Positions 53,717-64,000 of a DNA stretch of 64,000 nucleotides are shown here, in pieces (within the stretch, counting starts at the first letter, position 1; the number at the start of each line of letters is the position of its first letter). The notes under the pieces are model-generated. The model was given only the letters and a program-made list of their open reading frames with translations. It was not told the DNA's origin and made no database searches. Location: positions 1,178,001-1,242,000 of the forward strand of contig NC_043015.1 in the NCBI RefSeq assembly GCF_006345805.1, written 5' to 3'. Position numbers and translations under genes: made by a program. This DNA comes from Octopus sinensis. Its lineage: Eukaryota.

Positions 53717-53782
53717 GTAGTGGGACTGGAACCCGGAAACATGTGGTTGGCAAGCAAGCTAATTACCACACAGTCACTCCAG
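53717..53782 (-). mobile_element. SINE family A, tRNA-like head only
   Basis: gtgggactggaacccggaaacatgtggttggcaagcaagctaattaccacacagtcactcc. Confidence 0.75.
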
Positions 53783-54025
53783 CGGCTATGTGTGTGTGTG
53801 TGTGTTTAGCGAGTATATGTCGCTAAGTTTAACGATGGGGAACTTGGAGCGCTGGTAACGTTGTCGGGCGTGTAGTCCAAATAAAATTATAAAATGCTTT
53901 TCCTTTCAGCCTGTATTTGTCTTCTTAGACTTTTGCATAATTATCATGTATATCATTTTAAGTGAGTCTATTTAAACAATGTATTAAGTTTGTTTTATGT
54001 GCATATGTGTATTATATGTGCATAG

Positions 54026-54385
54026 GCGCAAGAGTGGCTGTGTGGTAAGAAGCTTGCTTCCCAACCACACGGTCCTGGGTTTAGTTTCACTCGGGCCGAC
54101 CAAAGCTTTGTGAGTGGATTTGGTAGACGGAAACTGAAAGAAGCCCCTCGTATATATATATTTATGTATATGTATGTGTGTACTTGTTATTTGTGTCTGT
54201 GTTTGTCCCACCACAATCGCTAGACAACAGATGTTGGTGTGTTTACGTCCCAGTTACGTAGCGGTTCGGCCAAAGGGATCGTTTTAATAAGTACTGGGCT
54301 TACAAAGAATAAGTCGTAGGGTTGATTTGTTCAACTAAACGTGGTGCTGCAGCATGGCCACAGTCAAATGACTAAAACAAGTGAA
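54026..54385 (+). mobile_element. SINE family A with a deletion in the CORE-like segment
   Basis: tttagtttcac joined directly to tcgggccgaccaaagc; the rest is colinear. Confidence 0.85.
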
Positions 54386-54924
54386 TGAAACCGTGTGTAA
54401 TCACACTCACACAATAAAAAATATCATTGGGCTAATATACCATTGTTAGCAATATTGCCCTCTCATAAATAAATACAAACCTATTCACGCATCCGCTCAG
54501 TAGAATGTCGCACGATAGTGCGCCTCGAACATCGCGATCATGTAAATGACCGCTGAACATCATCGCCAACACTCTCAACGCAACTGACACACCTAGGACG
54601 AGCAGGATCAATACGAACACATCCACTACTACAGCACCGATGTCATAGAGTGTTACCATTATCAATAACCAATATCACTAACACCGCAGCCATAAAGATC
54701 AACACGGCCACTTTAGGAAGCGTCTTACGCAATCACGTATGTGTGTGTGTGTGTGTTTGTGGGTGTGTAAGTGTATGAATATTTCTAGTCATTTTCATCT
54801 TTTTATTGCAATTGTTGTTGATGTTGATGTTGTTGAGGGCGGAGTTCGTTTCTACAATTGTCTAATCGATCGTAACACATCACCGTTGCCATCATCATCG
54901 ACGCCATAACCAGCACAAGTGCCA

Positions 54925-55079
54925 CTACTACTACACCAAAAACAACTACTACTACTACTACTACTACTACAACTGCTACTAATACAACAACTACTACTAC
55001 TACAACTGCTGCTACTACTACTACTACTACTACTAGTAGTGGTGATTGTGGTTTTAGTAGTAGTAGTAGTAATATTAGT

Positions 55080-55110
<31 letters not shown>

Positions 55111-55648
55111 GTAGTAGTAGTAGTAGTAGTAGTAGTAGCTATGTCTGTAAACCCGATAACATCAGCAATACCAACGACAGAAGCAACAGCGTCTGCAATG
55201 ACAATAAAGATGATTACATCAGCCATAATATCATAGTAATTAGTCATCATCATTATCATCATCATCATAATCATCATAATCATCATCATCATCATCATCG
55301 TCATTTTCATCATCATAATCGTCTACAATGTCACCAACATCAACATCGTTTCTAAATCCTAATTGCCCGCCCACTCCTCCTCCTCGTCCTTCTCCTCGTC
55401 GCCATCATCCGTGATCGTTATAAATTATCGTCCCATATTCTTCGTACTTCCTTTCATCAGTGCCGCCGTCTTTTGTCAGTAGCATCCTCATCATCACTAC
55501 CAAAACTAACAGCATTTTGATGATGATGATGATCATCATCATCATCATAACCATCAGCCTGATTAGAATCTTCATCTTCATCATCCATCATCATCGTCAT
55601 CAGCATAATCATCATGACCATGATCATGGTCATGACACGATCATGTTT

Positions 55649-55691
<43 letters not shown>

Positions 55692-55780
55692 CCAGCACCA
55701 GCACCACCAACACCACCACCACCACCACCATTTCCACACTTATATACCTTCAGATAGATTATTGCTAACACTACAGCCAC
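54925..55780. repeat. Trinucleotide microsatellite cluster (CTA/TAG/TTA/CAT/CAC)
   Basis: Direct reading. Confidence 0.9.
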
Positions 55781-55854
55781 AGCGCCTTCAACATCTTTTA
55801 AAAAATATCACCTCAACGCAAACCAACGGAAACATATGAACCGAGCAGACCAGG

Positions 55855-56160
55855 ACACATGGCCTAGTGGTTAGGGCAGCAGTCTCGCGGTCGAAGGATC
55901 GTGGTTTCGAATCTCAGACCGAGTGATGTGTGTGCTTATGAGCGAAACACCTAAACTCCACGACTCTCCAGCAGAAGGTAACGGCGAGCATCTGCTGACT
56001 CCTTCGCCACAACTTTCTCTCTTTCTTTCCTCCTGCATCTTGCATCTCACCTGCGACGGACCGATGTCATGTCCATGTGGGGAACCTATACGCCAAGCAA
56101 ACCTAGATACCGGCCCTTATGAGCCAGGCATGGCTCGCGAAGGAACAAGCAACAACAACA
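55855..56160 (+). mobile_element. SINE with family D head and family B-like tail
   Basis: Head atggcctagtggttagggcagc...ggtttcgaatc. Tail gcgacggaccgatgtcatgtccatgtggggaacctatacgcc...ggcccttatgagcc resembles 24837-24910. Confidence 0.7.
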
Positions 56161-56334
56161 AACATCAAAAAGTAGAGCAGCGGGTTGGTAGAATTGTGGT
56201 ACCTCATTTCTTCCGCCCCTTTACATCTTGAATTCAAATTGTGCTATGCATTCGTGTCCATAAGATATAGGACTACTTCTAAGGCTCGATAAAGTCGATT
56301 TGACCCCTTCTTCTAATATTATTGCCCTTGGATT

Positions 56335-56535
56335 TAAATTCTAGCACAAGGATAATAATTTTGCGTGAGAAGTGAAGTCGATTACATAGACCCAAGTGAT
56401 TAGCTGGTACTTTGTTTATCAACACCGAAATGTAAAATCGGCCGCGTCGGGATTTGAACGCTGAATATAAGACGTACGAAATATAACAAAGCATTTTGCC
56501 AACACTGTTAACGATTCTGCCTACTCGACGCCTTA
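56335..56535 (-). mobile_element. Degenerate family E SINE
   Basis: aagtcgattacatagacccaagtg...ctggtactttgtttatc...gggatttgaac...taacgattctgcc. Confidence 0.65.
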
Positions 56536-56572
56536 AATAAAATAATAATTTGAAAGAACTCTACTAAAGAGT

Positions 56573-56795
56573 AGAGCGGCGAGCTGGCCAAATCGTTAGC
56601 TCCTCGGAGAAAATGCTTTACGGTATATTTACCGGCTCTTTATATTATGAATTCAATTCCTACCGAGGTGAACTTTACCTTTAATCCTTTCAGATCGATA
56701 ACATGAAACATCCGTCAAATGCAGCGGTCGATGTAGTCGATTTGCCCCCGCTTCCCTTAAAATTGCTGGATTTCTGCCAAAATTGGAGAGCATTA
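56573..56795 (+). mobile_element. Degenerate family E SINE, head-to-head with 56335-56535
   Basis: gcggcgagctggccaaatcgttagc...gaattcaattcctaccgaggtgaactttacctttaatcctttc. Confidence 0.7.
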
Positions 56796-57369
56796 CTCCC
56801 GAAGAGTCTTAACACGTCAATTCCTTGCTTCGTTACTTGACGTGCTTGTTGGCTGCCTGAGAAGCATACTGTTTGCTTGGCTGGTTTGTTGGCAGGCTGG
56901 ACGATTGAATATTTGTGTTGGTTTCATCCGTTCTTTCGCTGAATCAGACGTGAATTCGCTAAACCCCGCTCCACATAAACACCAACAACATATTATTAGT
57001 GGCTAAACAAGGGAAGAGAAAATAACAAGCGTAGCCTAATAAATAAGCAACCACATCACTTCCGAAACCACTAATTCACGCCATTCTCATTCACATAAAT
57101 ATTTTCATCTGTTGGCGGTAATTTTTACGTCGTTTTCCACCATATTGCTCTGCTTTCGTCTCCCCTTATTATTAAAATAACAGTTATCACCCCTCCCAGG
57201 TTTTATTTCTCTCCCACCCTTCCTTTCCTTCTTTCTCTATTTTTGTATATTTATGTATATGAATACTCATCTATGCTATGTGGACAAATTTGGATATGTG
57301 TATATATACATATGCGTATTTGTGTCGTTTTATATTTTTGTTTTGTATCCGCCACACACTGCCCTTATT

Positions 57370-57790
57370 TTCTTTAGCCTTTGATTCCTTCACATACCAC
57401 TCAGTCTCTCAACCTTCTCTTTCTCCCTCTCCCTCTGCCTCTACCATTCTTTTTCTCTCTGTCCCTCTAAATCTCTGTCCCTTTTTCTCTGTGTTTCGTT
57501 CTGTATTTCCCCCTTTCTCACTAGCTTCTTATTAGGTCCATTTCTCACGTAACGTCTCCCTCATTAATCTCTCTTCATTGCTTCCGTTACCGTTTTTCTC
57601 TTCATCACTCTGTCTCTTTCTCTCCAATACATCATTCCCTTGGTGTTTCTCTCCCTTTCTATCTCTTAATAACACCCTCTTTAAACTCTCACACTCTTTC
57701 ACTTACCCCCTTTACCTCTCTGTCACTTTTATTTCTTTCAAATTTTTATAGCTCTCACTCTCTCACTCTTTCACTCTCTCTGTAGTCTTG
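57370..57790. repeat. Pyrimidine-rich low-complexity tract
   Basis: Mostly C/T on the plus strand. Confidence 0.75.
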
Positions 57791-58784
57791 TCCCTTTACG
57801 TCGCCGTCGCTCGTCACAATCTCAATCACTGTAACTAGCTATTATGATGGCAGTTAGAAGAAGCACACATTATAATCTCATGCTTGTTATTTATGAGGAG
57901 CGAGAAAGAGAGCGAGTGGGGGGGGGGCTGTTGATTAGAGAATTTCACATTCATCCTACATTTGAAATCTCCCATAATATTATCCGCCGCTTCTATTGCA
58001 CCCCGTCACACTTTCACCACACTCACACGCCTCCTTCACTCATAGAGTTACATCTCTCCCTCGGTCTCTCCCCCACCATCTCAATCTCAGTTAATATAGG
58101 TGTACATATACGTGTTTGTGTGTATATTAAAAATGTCTACAGATCTATACATAAATGGACGCCAAGGATAAGTTAGTGCGATTGGAGAATAAGCCGAAAG
58201 TATCATATGTGAATACGAGGAAAGGGATGAAATTATTAGAGAGAAAGAACTATAATACTAAAGGACAGAAACGATGATATACTAAGGCAAATGTATTCGC
58301 AGTCCGCCATACAAAGAGATGCATATATGTACATTTATATAAATTTATATTCGGGCGAGACATAGATAAATTGATACATACTTAGATAGATAAATAGTTA
58401 AGTAGATACATACGTACATAAATTCATACGTATATATATATATATATATATACACGCATATAAACAAACGATCTTCGTAAATCTTTAACCAATAATCTGC
58501 ATGTTGAAATGTCTTTGAGTCATACAAAAATCAATTTTCTCCGATCCTGTCTTTTTATATATAATGTGCGATAAAGCCTTATAAATTGATCCTCTCTCTC
58601 TCTTTTCTCTTCCTCTCCCATTCTCTTTCTCTCTCTCTCTCTCTCACTCTCTCTCTCGGTTTAATGCCCAATCGATCTGTTTGAACATACAAGTATTTAT
58701 TTGCGCTGTGTTTATCTCTTAATCTAACAATCCATCTGCCTATCGACTTATTCATCTGAATATTAACTACATATATAAATGTAT

Positions 58785-58798
58785 ATCTATCTACCCAC

Positions 58799-58887
<89 letters not shown>

Positions 58888-58890
58888 AAC
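58785..58890. repeat. (ATCT)n microsatellite
   Basis: Direct reading. Confidence 0.95.
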
Positions 58891-59906
58891 ATATATATAT
58901 ATATACAAAATTTTTTTTTCCAACGTAAGGTGACAGTCCGGCGGAGGACGATGTTACAACCTTTTAACCACAGGAAATAGCTTTCCAGTTGGTTTTCTAC
59001 ACACATACACCCACCACGCATATACACACACATAAACACATGCACTCACACGCATCTCACACATATATATGTATGTATTAATGCATGTATGTCCATGTTT
59101 ATATGTTTGAATATATATATTTGTGAATATATATGTATATATGCGTGTATGTATGCATGTTTCTGTGCACGTGTGTGTGTGCATATAAATATAACCTGTT
59201 TTCTGTTCATGATTGGCTGAGTATGTGCAACATGTAAGTTACTTAAGAAATAAGCTAGAAGCCTCTTTGCATGACTCCTCGTTTAAACCGCTGCCTTGAA
59301 ATAATATCTGTAAAGCTTCACTTAAAGCGTCTACGATAGACGAGTTTTATAATCCTACGTACAGATGCAATCGCATACCCAAGAATCGATCTTTGAATTT
59401 TAAATGACACCTGTCGCTTCTTTCTTTTTTAATTGTTAAAGGAACAAATTTGCTCTGGTTTGTGCTGAATTCTATATCAAAACCCTTTGTTGTGAGCTAT
59501 ATATTCATGAAAACTACTGTTTCGACATCAAGCTGTTATCTTGGTTGTGTAGGCCTCTCGGAATAATTAATGTAACATTTAAAATATCAACAACTGTATT
59601 TACTAATCTAAAACACCCTAGTCTGAAGGTTGTCTTGATATTCGTGATATATTTTGAAAATGTTCTTTTAATTTTCGGATATCTTCATCAACAAATATTC
59701 TACGCTTAGGCTAAATTCTTCATTATACCACACTGGATTTCGTTGTCAGCATTTTGAACGCTTGGAAGTATTACTGTGAAAATTTTCTTTCTTCCTGTAA
59801 AAGCCAAATCTAAAAATTGCGACGTTAGAATAAAGATCACAAATTACTGTTACCTTATCTACAGATGAAATCCATATTTAATGATGTTTAATAAAATAAT
59901 ATCTGG

Positions 59907-60325
59907 ATAGGAGTAGCTGTGGGGTAAGTAGCTTGCTCACGAACCACATAGTTTCGGGTTCAGTCCCACTGCATGGCACCTTGGGCAAGTGATTTCTACT
60001 TTATCCTTGGGCTGACTAAATCTTGTGAATGGATTTGGTAGACGGAAACTGAAAGAAGCCCGTCGTATATATGCTTATATATATATATATAAGTGTGTGT
60101 GTGTGCGCGCGTGTGTATGTTTGTGTGTCTGTGTTTGTCCACCCAACATCGCTAGACAACCGATGCTGGTGTGTTTATGTCCCCGTAGCTTAATGGTCGG
60201 CAAAATAGAGCGATATAATAAGGACTAGGCTTACTAAGAATAAGTCATTGGGTCGATTTGCTCGACTAAAGGCGATGCTGCAGCATGGCCACAGTCACAT
60301 GACAGAAACAAGTTAAAAGAAAAAG
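59907..60325 (+). mobile_element. SINE family A
   Basis: Head ggagtagctgtggggtaagtagcttgct...gggttcagtcccactg; centre accttgggcaagt; tail gacagaaacaag. Confidence 0.88.
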
Positions 60326-60725
60326 ATGTGTGTGTGAATGTATGTAAGTATGCATGAATTTATTTATGTATGCGTATGTGAGGAGGAGGCGCATGTATAT
60401 GTGCGCGTGTGTGTGAGTGTCACTGTAGATATCAAGAAACTGTCAGATGAGACAGAGATTGTTGATGTGTAATAGTTTATGATATAATACCATTCCCATT
60501 AAGAAGACAACCATGTCATTCATCAAGAAAATTACGACGAACCGAGACGCCAATGATGGTGAGCATGGCGACGACCGCGACTATGATGATGGCGATGAAC
60601 ATGAGCATGAGGTGGAAGAAGAGGAACGGGTTGAGGGAGATGAAGATGATGGTCACCATGACGGTGAGGATGAGTCTGAGGACGAGTGAGATGATAATGA
60701 AGCTAATAATGAAGATTACTGTCGC

Positions 60726-60764
<39 letters not shown>

Positions 60765-60907
60765 GAGAAACAAGTGGAGATTTATTTGATAAGAAATTCG
60801 CTGGTGAAAAAGAGTGCTTATAATTTCAGTGATTAAGGTGTTAACCGGTGATGAATGAGGCAGATTTTATAGTATTACGGACAATGTAAGTAGTAGTAGT
60901 AGTAGTT

Positions 60908-60944
<37 letters not shown>

Positions 60945-60984
60945 CAAATGTTCGTTAAATATTCGTTGCGATGCTGTTGATTCG

Positions 60985-61335
60985 TTTGACGCTGCTATAT
61001 TTGGTAAAAGAGTACCGAGTAACCCGACTTCGGTCTTGGATGACCATGGAGTTGCACCTAGAATGATACCCTCCGATGCACAAGTCCGGAGCAAGGTTGT
61101 TTATGGAAAACCAGCAGTCGTCCATCCATGCCAGCCCCACTTTCCATGCCATTGATGTTATCCAAGGGAAAGATGAAGGCCGCTACAGCTTAGCACCAGT
61201 GATGTCGTAAGTCATTTCTACAGCAGAGTGAACTGGAGCAAATGTGAAATAAAATGTTTTGCTGAAGAATACAAGACACAATTTGATCCAGTAATCTAAC
61301 TCACTGCCACATGATTGTGTGGCCGACGGTACTCT
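60985..61335 (-). mobile_element. SINE with family B-type head/centre and a third tail type
   Basis: cagcagagtgaactggagcaaatgtgaaat...ttttgctgaagaatacaa is the reverse complement of the B centre. The tail (ttggatgaccatggagttgcacc...) differs from B and C. Confidence 0.65.
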
Positions 61336-61759
61336 TAGATAAATGGGTCGATGCAAATGATGACCGTATATTTCTTTGCGTTGTTGAAGATGATATTTTC
61401 GTGACAGTTACGATACATCTGTAATGGAGCGGTGTTGCACGTTTGATGCATCTGTGGTGCACCTGGAGTAAAGAGCTATTGCTGGTGCTCATGATAATGA
61501 TAGTGCATTCGATGCTCGTGCAGATGATAATTGTGGTTTTTGGTGATTACTAGGAAGAGATATAGAGAGAGGAAAGAAACAACTTGATTATGGTGATAAA
61601 GAGAAGACATAGAAGGTAAGTGGAGGGGGTTTATGAGAAGCCGCAGGATTGGTATGGCGCAGGGGACAAAATTGGCCTGCGAAGGAACGTATGATAATGA
61701 GGATGGTGGTTGCGAAGGCGCCTTTGTTGTAGCAATAAACATGGAAGAAACAAACATCA

Positions 61760-61796
61760 CAGCAGTAATAATAATAATGATAATAATAATAATAAC

Positions 61797-61856
<60 letters not shown>

Positions 61857-61867
61857 TAATAATAATA

Positions 61868-61898
<31 letters not shown>

Positions 61899-61961
61899 TA
61901 TAATAATAATAATAACAAAAATAATGATAATAATAATAATAACAACAACAATAATAAAATA

Positions 61962-61998
<37 letters not shown>

Positions 61999-62000
61999 TA
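61760..62000. repeat. (AAT)n microsatellite
   Basis: Direct reading. Confidence 0.95.
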
Positions 62001-62892
62001 ATGGCAATAATAATGATCATAAAAGGACACAATATCCAAAAGAACAAAGAATAAAACAATAATTACGATGACAGCGATATAAACAGCAACAACACCACCA
62101 ACAACAAAAAAGTTTAAAAATATAAATAAAAACAAGGACTGAAACAGCAACAACACCATGATCATCATCATCATCATCAGCAGCAGCAAGAACAGCAACT
62201 ACAATCAAGTAATATATACATAAAACAAGAGCGATCAAAATGAAAACGAAAAAGGAAAACATCAATAATAACAGAAATGATAAATACAACAAAAACAACA
62301 AAGGAATATGCATTAAGTGTGACCAAAATTAAAAGAAAGAAAAAAGAGAAATAGCAGTATAAAATGTATTAAAAAATCGTATTTAAAAATAATAGGGAAA
62401 ATAGTGAAAAACAATAAAAAGGAAAATTGGAAAAAATACAAAATAATCATATAAAAATTCGCGAAATATGAAATGGAGAATATGGCGGTGATTATAGAGC
62501 AGAGGCATATAGCGGAGTGATGAATGAAATAATATATACATATATGAATACTCATACACACGCGCTGTATATGTAATTTTCCTTCAGTCTATCTTTCTCA
62601 CTCACCGCCATTTCTCCCACTATCTATCTACTTATGTATATGAATCTGTTTGTGGCTTGTCTGAGTATATATGAATGTGTGTGCGTGTGGTGTGTGTATT
62701 TTGCGTGTGTGTGTGTGTTTGTATAGTGTTATATGTACATCATATACATTCGTGTGTCTATGTATATGTGTGTGCGTCTGTGTGTATTCGTATGAGTGCA
62801 CGCATACACTTAGGCATACATATAGATGCATATACATATACACGTGTGTATGTTTGTGTGTGTATGTATGATGTGTGCATGTGAACATATGC

Positions 62893-62926
<34 letters not shown>

Positions 62927-63711
62927 GTATTTATGAATACGTCCGTGCATAGTTACATATACATCTATGAAATCGAGGCTTAAATCTGAAAAATCGAAAT
63001 ATAGACATGAAAAGGAATCGTACGATATGCGTACAATAAATCAAAAATGACAAATACCCACACACACTCTTATACACGCACACACACGCACTCACACACA
63101 TATATATGTTTGTGTTTGTTACTATGTTCGTATGTGAATCTATGCACTTGTATGTATGTATATCTCAAACGACGTAAAAGTGAAAAATCTAGATCATATT
63201 CTATAGATATAAGTAAATAAAGCAAAAAAATTAAAGGAAATGAAAAGAAAAAATGAATTGAAAAACAAGTAATCATGGAGGCGATTCGAATTGCTGCCAA
63301 TGGCGGCAAATTTAATGGAATATGTGTTGGACGGGTGTTATAATATGCGCTTGATGCTGACGATCTCTTGTGAAGGGTTTCATTTGTTTCATATTTTTAA
63401 ATACAATATGTTGTTTTATTTTTATTTTTATTTTATTTCCCTTTTCTTGCAAAGATTGATTCCCTGAACGTTGTGCATAAAATCACACATCATAAAAAGA
63501 TAAAAAATTTTTTTTCCAGTAATAATATAACAAAATGGTGGAGGTGCAAATATGGATGGGAAAAAAGTGTCAAGTAACTAACACATTGGTTAGCTTTTCG
63601 CGCCTCAGATGCCACATCATTCGTTTAGCACTGCTTTTTCTTCTTTGTTTTGCCACCATTTTTATTTCTTACAATATAGAGGTGGGTTCTATATCACCAT
63701 ATATTCTTGTA

Positions 63712-63755
63712 TATTATTATTATTATTAATATTATTATTATTGTTGTTATTATTA

Positions 63756-63790
<35 letters not shown>

Positions 63791-63796
63791 TTATTA

Positions 63797-63858
<62 letters not shown>

Positions 63859-63860
63859 AC
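63712..63860. repeat. (ATT)n microsatellite
   Basis: Direct reading. Confidence 0.95.
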
Positions 63861-64000
63861 CGTTGTCTTCGTTGTTATTGTTTATGATTATTGTTGTTGT
63901 TAATATCATCACAGCTAGTTTTTGCTTCACATGCCGATTGCTGCTCCACATTTCTGCTATACCTTCCCCCATGTCCTTGGCAACATCTCGTTCACACATC

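Noticed and set aside
63291-63309. Short hairpin ttgctgcc/ggcggcaa
   Set aside because: An 8-bp stem with a wobble is expected by chance.
63357-63395. CUGACGA motif as a hammerhead
   Set aside because: Followed by GAAG without credible stems I or III.

Overview
Repeat-saturated, AT-rich eukaryotic (animal) genomic DNA with a 100-N scaffold gap at 44226-44325. The SINE families and microsatellite load look to me like an Octopus (coleoid cephalopod) genome; this is inference from remembered repeat sequences, not a search. I recognise no host protein-coding exon, and almost every ORF in the supplied track is a translation of microsatellites. The only real protein homologies are a 5'-truncated, frameshifted Penelope-like retroelement (RT + Cys linker + GIY-YIG, 25.0-27.05 kb) and a decayed, internally deleted mariner (31.4-32.5 kb). 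The rest is about 30 copies of several tRNA-derived SINE families, two foldback MITE-like elements and microsatellites. The main hidden signal is RNA-level: about 13 hammerhead-ribozyme (HHR)-like motifs. (i) A 486-bp, highly structured unit with identical 93-bp terminal redundancy and a type I HHR on the minus strand (40487-41065), which looks like a retrozyme copied from a circular or multimeric RNA. (ii) Two families of ~200-bp non-coding elements with minimal HHRs whose stem III is the palindrome ACGU; all three copies of one family have a non-canonical U at core position 6. (iii) A U3-A8 variant HHR in the 3' end of the Penelope element. (iv) A stand-alone HHR at 30.4 kb. In the seven copies measured, the predicted cleavage site lies about 100-145 nt upstream of a 3' end abutting a (TA)n tract, suggesting one Penelope-driven, (TA)n-targeting family of ribozyme retroelements. 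All folds were done by eye; no activity is shown.
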